Position numbers and translations under genes: made by a program. This document shows, piece by piece, positions 1-10,615 of a stretch of 64,000 nt of DNA (the stretch's first letter is position 1; the number at the start of each line of letters is the position of its first letter). The notes below the pieces were generated by a model. The model was not told the DNA's origin. It worked only from the letters and a program-made list of their open reading frames with translations, and did no database searches. This DNA is from an uncultured Alphaproteobacteria bacterium (GTDB lineage Bacteria; Pseudomonadota; Alphaproteobacteria; Rhizobiales; Beijerinckiaceae): positions 2,326-66,325 of the forward strand of contig CAWDYM010000002.1 of assembly GCA_963806665.1 (NCBI GenBank), in the 5' to 3' direction.

Positions 1-16
1 TTGATAAGGAGCCGCG

Positions 17-1031
17 ATGAAGCTCGCGTCACTCAAAGGCGGTCGCGACGGAAAGCTTGTCGTGGTTTCGCGCGATCTCAGCCGTGCGGCTTCAGCGGGC
101 GACATTGCGCCGACGCTTCAGTCTGCGCTCGACGACTGGCCGCGAGCGGAGCCTCAGCTCGCCGAACGCGCGGCTGAGATCGAGGCGGAAAAGATAGCGA
201 CGTTCCGCTTCCGTGAGCGCGACTGCGCGGCGCCGTTCCCGCGGGCCTTTCAGTGGGCGGACGGGTCAGCCTATATCAACCATGTGGAACTGGTGCGACG
301 CGCGCGGGGCGCCGAAATGCCCGCCTCTTTCCAAGTCGAGCCGCTGATGTATCAGGGCGGATCCAACTCTTTTCTCGGGGCCGCGCGATCCGATCCCCCT
401 GTGCGATGAGCGACAGGGGCTCGATCTCGAAGCCGAAGTCGCCGTTGTCGTCGACGACGTGCCGCTCGGCGTCTCGCCGGAGGCTGCGCTTCGGCATGTT
501 CGTTTGATTATGCTCGTCAACGACGTCACGTTGCGTAATCTCGTTCCCGATGAAATCAGCAAGGGCTTCGGTTTCTTTCAGTCGAAGCCATCGTCGGCCC
601 TTTCGCCCGTCGCGGTGACGCCGGATGAGCTCGGCGCAGCCTGGGCGAGCGGAAAGCTCTCGCTGCCGCTTCTGTCGTTCCTCAACGGCGCCCCGCTCGG
701 GCGGCCCAATGCGGGGCACGACATGACCTTCGACTTCGGGCGCCTGATCGCGCATGCCGCATATTCGCGGCCGCTTTCCTCCGGAACGATCATCGGCTCG
801 GGAACGGTGTCGAATCGCGGGTTGGACGGTGGGTGCAGCCTGCCGATATCGAGCGGCGGCCCCGGCTATTCCTGCCTCGCCGAGCAACGGACGGTAGAAA
901 TGCTGATCGAAGGCGCGCCGCGCACGTCATTTCTGAAGGCTGGGGACGTCGTGCGCATCGAGATGCTGGACGAACGACGACGCTCCATTTTCGGCGCAAT
1001 CGAGCAGGTGGTCCAGGCGGTTCACATCTGA
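17..1031 (+). pseudogene. Fumarylacetoacetate hydrolase (FAH) family protein, frame broken by one extra base
   Basis: ORFs 17-409 and 459-1031 are colinear halves of one FAH-family protein of about 335 aa (MKLASLKGGRDGKLVVVSRDL...QWADGSAYINHVELV...; ...GLDLEAEVAVVVDDVPLGVSPEAA...GFGFFQSKPSSALSPVAVTPDELG). The first frame reads ...GGSNSFLG and the next frame continues PRDPIPLCDE. The switch lies in G-run 377-380. AAGGAG RBS at 6-11. Confidence 0.8.
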
Positions 1032-1897
1032 ACGCTTTCCTTCTCGTGAAAGTAGCGAAGGTTGCCCTTAATCCCATGGTCCTCGGGTAAAATCACGTGC
1101 GGTTCGAGATCGCTCTCGCCGCGCAGCCGATCGTAAACGGCTCCGAAGTCCTGGTAGCAGTCCTCGAGCAGTTGCGCGAAGCTGTCGACGAAGAAATAGG
1201 TCTGTTGATAGTCGCTGATGACATATGGGGTGCGCATCACGCGTATCAGATCGAACGCGACACGGTTGGGCGAGGGGTCTTCGAGCGCGAAGATCGTCTC
1301 CCCCGGCGACGAAAGAATGCCTGCGCCGAAAATGCGCAACCCCTCGGGCGTTGCAATTAAGCCGAACTCGACCGTGTACCAATAGAGGCGCGCGAGATGA
1401 TGCAATTGGTCTCGTTGCAGCGCCCGGGCGCCGCCGCGGCCATAGGCCTCCAGGAAACGCGCATAAACGGGGTCTGCGAGAAGCGGCACATGCCCGAAAA
1501 CATCGTGGAACACGTCGGGTTCGGAGAGATAGTCGAGTTCGTGCTCGGGCCTGATGAAGGCGCCGGCCGGAAAAGAGCGATTTGCGAGGTGTGAAAAGAA
1601 GACGTCATCCGGGATGAGCCCGGCTACGGGAGAGACGCGCCAGCCTGTGAAAGCGGACAATCGGCTGCTCAGATCGTCGAAGTCAGGGATGCCCCCAGTC
1701 GAGAGACGCAGCTTGTCGACGGCTGAGAGAAACGCGTCGCAGGCGCGCCCCGGCAGCAGCGTGGCCTGTCGCGCGACGAGCCGGTTCCAGCGATCATGCT
1801 CCTCGTCAGAATAGGAACGCCAGTCCTGATCTATCGTCCAATCGGCGCGTCGCGCTGCATGGGCGTAACGGTTCTCCTCTCGCGGCGCTTCGGTCAT
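1022..1897 (-). CDS. phhA: Phenylalanine 4-monooxygenase (pterin-dependent aromatic amino acid hydroxylase)
   Basis: 291 aa with characteristic motifs: DVFHDVFGHVPLL (iron-binding His pair), YWYTVEFGL, GAGILSS. Convergent with the FAH gene and overlaps it by 10 nt. Confidence 0.9.
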   Translation of the reverse strand: MTEAPREENRYAHAARRADWTIDQDWRSYSDEEHDRWNRLVARQATLLPGRACDAFLSAVDKLRLSTGGIPDFDDLSSRLSAFTGWRVSPVAGLIPDDVFFSHLANRSFPAGAFIRPEHELDYLSEPDVFHDVFGHVPLLADPVYARFLEAYGRGGARALQRDQLHHLARLYWYTVEFGLIATPEGLRIFGAGILSSPGETIFALEDPSPNRVAFDLIRVMRTPYVISDYQQTYFFVDSFAQLLEDCYQDFGAVYDRLRGESDLEPHVILPEDHGIKGNLRYFHEKESVQM

Positions 1898-1991
1898 CGC
1901 TTCGCTCCCGCGGCTGCCTTCTATGTAAGTCGGTCATGCTGAAAGTCACTGCGGCTCGCGCGGCTGTGCGTTACAGCCTTTCGCCTTAGAT

Positions 1992-3509
1992 ATGGTGCGT
2001 GAGGTATGTGCGATGCGGGAGTTAATGCATCTTGTCGGCGGGAGGCGCGTCGCCGGACGCTCCGGCCGCTTCGTCGACGTCTTTGAGCCGATGACCGGCG
2101 CAGTGACGGCGCGTTCGCCGTGCGCATCGCGCGCGGAGATGGGAGAAGCGCTCGAGAGCGCCCGGGCGGCGCAGCCGGGCTGGGCTGGCGTCAATCCGCA
2201 GCGTCGCGCGCGCGTTCTGATGAAATTTCTGGAGTTGCTCGGTCGCGAGGCGGAGCCGCTTGCGATGCTTCTGTCGCGTGAACACGGCAAGACGATCGCC
2301 GACGCACGCGGCGATGTGCAACGCGGCGTCGAAGTGGTGGAATTCGCGCTTGGAGCGCCGTATCTGCTCAAGGGTGCGTTCACCGACTCCGCCGGCTTTG
2401 GCGTGGATGTCTATTCGATGCGACAGCCGCTCGGCGTCACGGCGGGCATTACGCCTTTCAATTTTCCGGCGATGATACCAATGTGGATGTTCGCCCCGGC
2501 GATCGCCTGCGGCAACGCCTTTATTCTCAAGCCCTCGGAGCGTAACCCGTCCGTGCCGTTGCGTCTTGCGGAACTGATGTTGGAAGCGGGGCTCCCGCCC
2601 GGCGTTCTCAATGTGGTGCTCGGGGACAAGGAGGCGGTGGATGCGCTGCTCGACGACCCGCGGACGCAGGCCGTGGCATTCGTCGGCTCGACGCGCGTGG
2701 CCGAATATGTCTATGCGCGCGCGGCCGGCAACGGGAAGCGCGCGCAGTGCTTCGGCGCCGCCAAGAACCACATGGTCATCATGCCCGACGCCGACATGGA
2801 TCAGGCCGTCGACGCGCTGGTTGGCGCGGGCTACGGATCCGCCGGAGAGCGCTGCATGGCCGTCTCTGTGGCCGTGCCGGTTGGAGACGACACGGCGCGC
2901 GCGCTTCTCGCCCGGCTCGTTCCGCGGGTCGAAGGCTTGAGGATCGGGCTTTCGACCGATGAGAGCGCCGATTTCGGCCCGTTGGTTTCAAGGGTGCATC
3001 TCGAGCGCGTTCAGGAATATGTGGCGACCGGAGTTGAAGAAGGCGCGAAGCTGCTTGTCGATGGGCGCAGCTTCCGGATGCAAGGCTATGAAGATGGCTT
3101 CTTCATGGGCGGCTGTCTTTTCGACGAGGTCGCGCCGCATATGCGCATCTATCGGGAAGAGATCTTTGGACCTGTCCTCTCCGTGGTGCGCGTGAAAGAC
3201 TATCGGCGAGCCCTCGAACTCGTGGACGCGCATGAATTCGGCAATGGCGCGTCGATCTTCACCCGTGACGGAGAGGCTGGTCGGGATTTCGCCTCTCGTG
3301 CGCAGGCCGGCATGATCGAAATCAACGTTCCGATCCCGACGCCGCTCGCTTATTACACCTTTGGCGGATGGAAGCGTTCGGTCTTCGGCGACCTCAATCA
3401 GCATGGCGAAGACGCGTTCCGTTTCTACACGCGGACGAAGACGGTGACCGCGCGCTGGCCAGGTCGGGAGAGAGAGGGCGCAAGTTTCGTTATGCCGACG
3501 ATGTCGTGA
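1992..3509 (+). CDS. mmsA: Methylmalonate-semialdehyde dehydrogenase (CoA-acylating), ALDH family
   Basis: 505-aa ORF with ALDH motifs (FNFPAMIPMWMF, GERCMA catalytic Cys region, EEIFGPVL) and a C-terminal YTRTKTVTARW typical of MmsA. The true start may be an internal ATG at 2013 or 2025. Confidence 0.9.
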   Translation: MVREVCAMRELMHLVGGRRVAGRSGRFVDVFEPMTGAVTARSPCASRAEMGEALESARAAQPGWAGVNPQRRARVLMKFLELLGREAEPLAMLLSREHGKTIADARGDVQRGVEVVEFALGAPYLLKGAFTDSAGFGVDVYSMRQPLGVTAGITPFNFPAMIPMWMFAPAIACGNAFILKPSERNPSVPLRLAELMLEAGLPPGVLNVVLGDKEAVDALLDDPRTQAVAFVGSTRVAEYVYARAAGNGKRAQCFGAAKNHMVIMPDADMDQAVDALVGAGYGSAGERCMAVSVAVPVGDDTARALLARLVPRVEGLRIGLSTDESADFGPLVSRVHLERVQEYVATGVEEGAKLLVDGRSFRMQGYEDGFFMGGCLFDEVAPHMRIYREEIFGPVLSVVRVKDYRRALELVDAHEFGNGASIFTRDGEAGRDFASRAQAGMIEINVPIPTPLAYYTFGGWKRSVFGDLNQHGEDAFRFYTRTKTVTARWPGREREGASFVMPTMS

Positions 3510-3521
3510 GAGGAAGCGAAG

Positions 3522-4415
3522 ATGGCACGCGTCGCCTTCATTGGCCTTGGCGCCATGGGACTGCCGATGGCCACAAATCTGGCGGCTGCAGGACATGAGG
3601 TCATTGGCTTCGACCGCGCGACGCCGGCTCTGGACGCTGCCGCGCAGCGCGGCCTTCGCCTCGCCGCGTCTATTGAGGCGGCGAGCGAGGGCGCCGACGT
3701 TGTTTTGACGATGCTCCCGGGCGGCGAGCATGTCATATCGGTTTGGCGGGAGATGACGGCGGCGTCGCCGGGGGCGCTTTATCTTGACTGTTCGACAATT
3801 GGGGTCGAGAGCGCGCAAAGAGCGCATCGTCTTGCGCGTGACCGGGGCGCTCTGTCGGTCGATGCGCCGGTTTCTGGCGGCGTCGCGGCCGCACAAGCGG
3901 GTGCTCTGACCTTCATGTGCGGCTCGGAGTCCGAGGCGTTGGAAAAGGCGCGCCCGGTTTTGCAATCCATGGGGGCGCGCGTCATTCACTGCGGCGGCGC
4001 CGGCATGGGTCAGGCGGCGAAGATCTGCAACAATCTGATGTTAGGCGTGACAATGGCCGCGACTGCGGAAGCTTTTGTGCTTGCTGAAAAACTCGGTCTG
4101 TCCGCGCGGGCCCTGTTTGACGCCGCTTCCGCTTCCTCCGGTCAATCCTGGTCTTTGACGAGCTATTGTCCTGCACCTGGTCTCACGCCTTCGTCGCCCG
4201 CGAACGACGAATACAAAGCAGGGTTCAAGACGAGGCTGATGCTTAAGGATCTGCGCCTCGCCGAGGCGGCCGGTAAGGACGTGGCCGCCGGGACGCCTAT
4301 GACGGCCGCCGCAGAGCGTCTCTACGCCTTGTTCGCCGACGAAGGGGGCGGCGAGCGAGACTTTTCTGGCGTTATCCAGGCGCTGCGTGGGCGAAGCGCC
4401 GAGGCGCCTCAATGA
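3522..4415 (+). CDS. mmsB: 3-hydroxyisobutyrate dehydrogenase
   Basis: 297 aa. N-terminal Rossmann motif VAFIGLGAMGLPMATNL, then DAPVSGG and AAKICNNLMLG motifs of the HIBADH family. Starts 13 nt after mmsA. Confidence 0.9.
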   Translation: MARVAFIGLGAMGLPMATNLAAAGHEVIGFDRATPALDAAAQRGLRLAASIEAASEGADVVLTMLPGGEHVISVWREMTAASPGALYLDCSTIGVESAQRAHRLARDRGALSVDAPVSGGVAAAQAGALTFMCGSESEALEKARPVLQSMGARVIHCGGAGMGQAAKICNNLMLGVTMAATAEAFVLAEKLGLSARALFDAASASSGQSWSLTSYCPAPGLTPSSPANDEYKAGFKTRLMLKDLRLAEAAGKDVAAGTPMTAAAERLYALFADEGGGERDFSGVIQALRGRSAEAPQ

Positions 4416-4635
4416 CAGGCGGGAAAGCAGCGTGTGTTTCGGCTAGACTGCCGGAAAGCGTGGCCAAAAAATTTTTGAACACTTTTTGAGACGGCGCGTT
4501 CCACTGGATCGGAAGAGCCTCTCCCGTGTCTGCCTGCCTTGTGCGCCCCCGCATTCCCGCGACGAAATCTTCCGATTGATGACGAACTGTCGCGTTGAAT
4601 TTCCAACGCGTTGAAGCGAGGGACTTGGATCGCGC

Positions 4636-7231
4636 GTGCTCGCTGGTCTGCTCTTTCTTGTCGATCATGCTTTGCGCCACAGCCGCATTGTCATTGTCGT
4701 TTGGCTGGCGCTTGCCGTCGCCGCCGGCACCTATGCATTTTCGGCCTTTGCTCTCGATACGGACGTCAACGATCTCATTTCTCGCGATCTGCCATGGCGC
4801 AAGCGAGAGCTCGCCTATCAAGCCGCCTTTCCGCAAGGAAGAGACACGATTCTAGTGGTGATCGACGCGCCGACCCCGGAGCAGGCCGGCGCCGCCTCTC
4901 ACGCGCTCGCACAGGCGTTGCAGGATCAGCTTGCGCTTTTCCACGCCGTTCAGGAGCAGGGCGGCGGACGGTTCTTCGTACAAAACCGCTTCATGTTTTT
5001 GCCGACTGTGGAGGTTGAGAATATCGTCGATCAGCTGGTCAGAGCAAAGCCGATCCTCACTTTTCTTGTAAGCGATCAAAGTCTGAGAGGCCTTGCTAAG
5101 ACGCTCGTGTATGTCCTGCACGGACTGCAAGTCGAACGCTATTCGCTCGATGTCATAGCCGAGCCCTTGAGCGCCGCCTCCGAGACGCTCGAACGAGTTT
5201 TGCACTCGCAGCCTGCGGCTTTCTCCTGGGCTGGGCTCATGCGAAGCGGATCGGAACCCTCCGGCCGCCGGCGACTGATTTCAGTTCAGCCGGAATTATT
5301 TACCGACAAGCTCGAGCCGGGCAAAAAAGCCAGCGATTCGATTCGCAAGGCTGTGGCGGCGCTCGACCTCAGCGCAAAATTTCAGGCGGAGACGCGCCTG
5401 ACCGGTCCCGTGCCGCTCGCGGACGAACAGTTTGCAAGCGTCGAAGAAGGAAGCGCCTTTAACGGCATTGTCACGGCTTTGATCATCGTTGGCATTTTAT
5501 CGGTCGCGCTATGGTCTCTTAGGCTCGTTTGCGTCGTCATCATATGTCTGGCCGCGGGCCTGCTGGTGACCGCAGGCCTCGGCCTTCTGGTCGCCGGGGC
5601 GCTCAATCCAATCTCCATCGCCTTCGTGATGCTCTTTGTAGGCTTGGGCGCCGATTTCGCGGTTCAGTACATGATCCGTTTTCGGGCGCAGCGACATGAC
5701 TCTCCCCAGATCCAAGACGCCGTGATGCAGGCGACGGAATGGGTCGGCGTGCCCTTGGCGCTTGCGGCCGTGTCGGCGGCCGCCGGCTTTCTATCCTTCA
5801 TGCCGACTCACTATCGGGGCCTCGCCCAGCTTGGCGAGATCGCCGGCCTTGGCATGATCGTGGCGTTTGCTTCGACTTTCACGCTGCTGCCTGCGCTTCT
5901 TCAATCGTTCGGGGCGCGGATCGAGCCTCGCGCCATCGGGCAACCCGGATTGGAGCCTGTCGATCATTTCCTCCGTCGGCGGCGATATTTCGTTATTGGC
6001 GGAACGGCGCTCCTCGTGGCGGCCGGCGCCTTTTTGCTGCCTCAGTTGTCTTTCGACTTCAATCCTCTCCACCTTCAGCGAAAGTCTTCGGAAGCCGTTC
6101 GGACCTTCCTGGAGCTTAGTCGCGACCCACAGTTGGATGCGAACTCAGCGCAGATTGTGATAGGCCCTGGCGAAGACGCTGTGGCGGTCGCGGCCAGATT
6201 AGCGGCGATTCCCGAGGTTGCGCAGACACGGACGATCGAGTCTTTCATTCCCACTGATCAGACCGAAAAACTGAAAGTCCTTCATCGCTCGGCCGAAGTC
6301 CTCCTTCCGGCGTTACGCCCGCCGTTGAAGCCGACCCCGACGGATCGTGAGAGCGTCTCCGCTCTGGAAACAGCAAAAAAGGAACTCGAGGCCGCGGCTG
6401 GCAAGGAGCGCGGCGCAGGGGCGCAGGCCGCAGCGCCTGGCAAGCACTATCGGCTTGCTGGTCAATGGCGACGATGTCCTTCGCGATTGGGCGGCGAGGG
6501 CCTTTCTCTTTCCCCTCAAGGAAGATATCGGCGCTTTGCGGCTTTCCCTCAATCCGACGCCCGTGACCGTCAAATCGTTGCCGGACGACTTCAAAAGCTT
6601 ATGGATCGCCGAGGATGGCCGCCAAAGAGTCGATGTTCTTCCCAAAGGCGATCCCAACAGCGACGCAACCATCCGCAATTTCGCAAACGCTGTTCTGGCC
6701 GTAGACCCCAATGCGACAGGCCAGGCCATCGCGACCCTGATGTGGTCCCGCACGATGTTGACAGCGCTGCTGGAGGCCGCAGGCATCGCCTTCTGCGTCA
6801 TCGCAATCATACTCTGGATTCCGTTGCGAAGGATTGGCGATGTCCTTCTTACGCTCGTGCCGCTAATCGTCGCCGCGATCGTCACGCTTGAAATCTGCGC
6901 GCTCACCGGGTTCAAACTGAACTACGCGAACATCATCGCCTTTCCGGTGCTGCTTGGCATCGGCGTCGCGTTCAAAATCTACTATATCGCGGCCTGGCGG
7001 CGGGGAGAGTCCGAATTTCTTCAGTCGCCACTGACGCGTGCGGTGTTCTTCAGCGCGCTGCTCACGGCGACCGCATTCGGAAGCTTGTCTTTATCGAGCA
7101 ATCCCGGCATGTCGAGCATGGGCAAACTGCTTGCCCTCTCCCTCGCTTGCACGCTCGCCTCAGCCGTCTTGTTCCAGCCGGCTTTGATGGGGGAGCCAAG
7201 AGAAAACGCAAATCCTGATCGTCCTCATTGA
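4636..7231 (+). pseudogene. MMPL/RND-superfamily exporter (HpnN-like), frame broken by one extra base
   Basis: ORF 4636-6891 is protein-like for about 595 aa (two-TM-bundle architecture, GLGADFAVQY). It then becomes Arg/Gly-rich nonsense. The +1 frame (ORF 6347-7231) continues with RLASTIGLLVNGDD... and a second 6-TM bundle (GIGVAFKIYYI...). The junction lies within 6418-6437. Confidence 0.65.
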
Positions 7232-7536
7232 CCGCCCATGTTTGCAACGCGCACCGGCGCGACCCGTTTCGCCGGACAACCTCCGGCGCCCCCCGGTTCA
7301 GTTCCTCCAGCCAAGCCCGGCTCGTCTTTTCAGACAAGGGCCAACTGCCTCCGTGATTTCGTCATCCAGCGACAAAGTCTCGGCTCGAGACGCTCGGAGC
7401 CGGCGCGCTGCGAGCCGACTTACGGCATTTCTCATTGTCGAGCCCAATTCGCGGGAGGACGCTCGCGCGCCTCGCCCTTCGCCTGTGTATAGATATGAAT
7501 AAGGTCTTAACTTGAGGTTGCGACGCTTAGGCTCGC

Positions 7537-9288
7537 TTGCTATGCCTGATTGCAGGAATGGCCTTTTTCTTCTTTTGGATCGAGCCGTTGACGTTTCAAA
7601 GCACGAGCTCGCGCGAGGCGGCTCCCGGCTGCTCTCGCGCGTCGCATCCAAAGGAAATCGAGCGGGCCTCCGCTTTCGAGAGAGTAAAGCGGCGCGCCGT
7701 TTTCTCGGCGCTTCTCGGCGTGGTGGCCGCCTCTCTGGCGGGATGCATGGTCGGTCCCGATTTCGCGGCGCCGCCGGCCCCGGTGGCCGACAAATGGCTC
7801 GAATGGCGAACCAAGGGGCTCAAATCGTCCGAAGCCGCGCCCGGCGAGTGGTGGCGCGTGTTTCACGACCCCGTTTTGAACCGATTGATCGAGGTCGCCT
7901 CGTCGCAGAATCTCACTCTTTTGAGTGCGGGCACGAAGGTTCTACAGGCGCGCGCCGAGCTGGGAATCGCCGCAGGTTCGTTCTATCCGCAGCAGCAGGC
8001 GGCGTCGGCCGGGGTCGGCTATGTGCGCGCCAGCAATGCGACGCCGGCGTCGCAGGGCGGCAATACCGCCACGCTGGGGAATTTCTGGACCGACCGCTGG
8101 CTTGCGCAAGCCTCCTGGGAACTGGATCTGTGGGGCAAGTTCCGCCGCGGAATCGAGTCGGCTGACGCAGCCTATCTCGGTTCCGTAGCGACATATGACG
8201 ACGTGCTCGTCACGCTCCTCGGCGACGTCGCGAATTCCTACATCGGCATCCGCACGCTGGAGCGTCAGATCGCCATTGCGCGCGCCAATGTCGCACGGCA
8301 GCGCGAGGCTGTCAGAATTGCGCGGGACCGCTATCAGGGCGGCGCTTCGACGCTTCTCGACGTGCATCAGGCGCAGAACGTCCTCGCCGCCACCGAGGCG
8401 ACGATTCCGCGGCTCGAGATACAGCTCAGGCACGGTCTCAATGCGCTTCGCGTTTTGCTGGGGATGGCGCCGGAGCCGCTCGGTTTCCTGCTGGCGCGCG
8501 GGACGGGGAAGATTCCCCTCGCGTCGGGCCGCGTCGCCGTGGGCATCCCCGCGGACCTCTTGCGCCGCCGGCCAGACATCCGCGGCGCCGAACTTCGCGC
8601 CGCCGCGCAAAGCGCGCAGATCGGCGTCGCGCAGGCCGAGCTCTATCCCGCGATCAGCATCAGCGGCGCCTTCGGCGGCCAGGCGAGCAACGTCGGCACG
8701 CACAACCTTGCGCAGATGTTCCACCCGATCGGCGCCGCCTTCGCCGTCGGCCCGTCATTCAGATGGAACCTGCTCAATTACGGCCAGATCACCAACAATG
8801 TGCGCGTGCAGGATGCGACGCTGCAGCAGTTCCTGATCGACTACCAGCAAAAGGTGCTCAAGGCGCAGCAGGAGGTCGAAAACGGCATCGCGACCTATCT
8901 CCTCTCGACGACCGAAGCGGCTTATCTGCGCCGCAGCGTGACGGAGGCCAAGGGCGCGCTCGACATCGCGACGCTCGAATATCAACAGGGCACGCGCGAC
9001 TTCACCACCGTTCTGACCGCCGAGCAGAATCTGCTACAGGCCGAAAACAATCTGGCGGTGGCGACAGGCGAGATCTCGAACGGCCTCGTCTCGCTTTATC
9101 GCGCGCTTGGCGGCGGCTGGCAGATCCGCGAAGGCAAGTCCTTCGTCAATGCAGCGACGGCGCAGGAAATGCGCGACCGGACAAATTGGGGCGATCTTCT
9201 CCCGCCGCCAGATCAGCCGCAGCTGGAAAACCCCGTTCTACCGTCCGCACAGGACGTCGACTCAGGCATCAGGCTGCCCGAATGGTGA
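7537..9288 (+). CDS. Efflux outer-membrane factor lipoprotein, NodT/OprM family
   Basis: Lipobox LAGC followed by MVGPDF..P; the family's two-repeat TolC-like architecture; C-terminal LYRALGGGW motif. The true start is probably downstream of 7537, because the signal peptide VFSALLGVVAASLAGC begins near 7700. Confidence 0.85.
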   Translation: MLCLIAGMAFFFFWIEPLTFQSTSSREAAPGCSRASHPKEIERASAFERVKRRAVFSALLGVVAASLAGCMVGPDFAAPPAPVADKWLEWRTKGLKSSEAAPGEWWRVFHDPVLNRLIEVASSQNLTLLSAGTKVLQARAELGIAAGSFYPQQQAASAGVGYVRASNATPASQGGNTATLGNFWTDRWLAQASWELDLWGKFRRGIESADAAYLGSVATYDDVLVTLLGDVANSYIGIRTLERQIAIARANVARQREAVRIARDRYQGGASTLLDVHQAQNVLAATEATIPRLEIQLRHGLNALRVLLGMAPEPLGFLLARGTGKIPLASGRVAVGIPADLLRRRPDIRGAELRAAAQSAQIGVAQAELYPAISISGAFGGQASNVGTHNLAQMFHPIGAAFAVGPSFRWNLLNYGQITNNVRVQDATLQQFLIDYQQKVLKAQQEVENGIATYLLSTTEAAYLRRSVTEAKGALDIATLEYQQGTRDFTTVLTAEQNLLQAENNLAVATGEISNGLVSLYRALGGGWQIREGKSFVNAATAQEMRDRTNWGDLLPPPDQPQLENPVLPSAQDVDSGIRLPEW

Positions 9289-9309
9289 GCCAAAGGAGCG
9301 CTGCCGCTC

Positions 9310-10615
9310 ATGATCGGAAGGCGTCGTGACATGTTGAAGGGACCGATCATGTCCTGCGCGCGCGGATTGACGTTCGCGTCCTGCGTCGCAGGCGCAATGG
9401 CCGCGCTTCCAGCCGCAGCTATCGCCGAGTCCTGGCTTGGAAAGCTGCTCGGCGGGAAGGAAAGCGCTCCCGCCGCAGCCGCGGACGCAGCGCCGGCGAA
9501 TGAAGCGCCAAAACCCGCCGCCGCGTCGCCGGAAGCCGCGGGTCCGGCCATTTCTGTCGCATTGCCTCTGCGGCAGAAATTCACCGAATATATCGAGCTC
9601 ACGGGCAACGCGGCGCCCACGAAGACGGTCAATCTCATCGCGCGCGTCGAGGGCTATCTCGAGAAGATTCATTTCCAGGACGGTCAGGTCGTCAGAAAGG
9701 GCGATCTGCTTTTCACAATTCAGCAGGATCAGGTACAAGAACCAGCTCATCCAGGCCGAGGCGCAGGTGCGCGCCCAAGAGGCCGCGCTTGTCTATGCGC
9801 GCATCGAGGTCGACCGCTTCTCGGGCCTGCGCCGAAAAGGCGCCGCCTCGCAGGTCGTCGTCGACAACTGGAATTTCCAGGCGAAGAAAGCCGAGGCGGA
9901 AGTCGCTTCGGCGCGGGCGCAGGTCGAAGTCGCGAAGCTCAATGTCGATTATACGCAAGTGCGCGCGCCTTTCGACGGCCAGATGGGCAAGCATCAGATC
10001 GATCCGGGCAACACGGTCGGCGGCGCGGGTCATCCAGCGCCGCTTGCCGAAATCATCCAGCTCGATCCGATCTACGTCGTCGCTAATCTGAGCGAGCAGG
10101 AGGTGCAGCGCGTGCGGCAGGCGCTCGGCAAGAAACTGACGCTCGCCGAGATTCATAATTACCCAGTCGACGTCGGCCTCGAAGCCGGTCAGGATTATCC
10201 TTTTCACGGCACGATCCAGTATGTCGCCCCGGTCTTTGATCCCAAGACCGGCACAATGCTGGTGCGCGGCGTGCTCAACAACCCCGATCACAAGCTGCTG
10301 CCCGGCTTCTTCGTCCGGATTCGATTGCCTGCGGGCAAGGTCATCCCCAATGCGCTGCTCGTTCCCAATCGCGCCATCCAGAGCGACCAGGGCGGACGTT
10401 TCCTCACGGTCGTCGGCAAGGACGACATCCTGGAAAAGCGTTACGTAACGCTCGGCGATCTGGAGGGCGAGCTGCGGGTCATCCTGTCGGGTCTGAACGC
10501 GGACGACAGGGTCGTGATCAGCGACCTCTGGCGCGCGAATCCGGGAACCAAGATCGCGCCTAGGCTGAAAACAATCGACGGCGCGGGCCGCGCCGTCGAG
10601 GGCGCTCAGCCATGA
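9310..10615 (+). pseudogene. RND efflux periplasmic adaptor (membrane fusion protein), frame broken by one extra base
   Basis: ORF 9310-10086 is good up to ...KGDLLFTIQQDQ. The +1 frame (ORF 9437-10615) continues YKNQLIQAEAQVRAQEAAL...VRAPFDGQMG...LLVPNRAIQSDQGG. The junction is at GG 9732-9733. The stop overlaps the RND start (ATGA). Confidence 0.85.

Noticed and set aside
377-380. Programmed ribosomal frameshifting as the explanation for the split genes.
   Set aside because: None of the seven junctions has a slippery X-XXY-YYZ heptamer or an obvious downstream stimulatory structure, and the affected gene families are not known to use recoding.
7062-7651. Minus-strand ORFs 7298-7651 and 7062-7337 in the gap between the MMPL gene and the OMF gene. 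A short segment (LSLDDEITEAVG...SRAWLEELNRGA) looked faintly antitoxin-like.
   Set aside because: Reading it as a gene needs yet another frameshift. One ORF runs deep into the 3' end of the MMPL gene. There is no RBS and no motif I can name.
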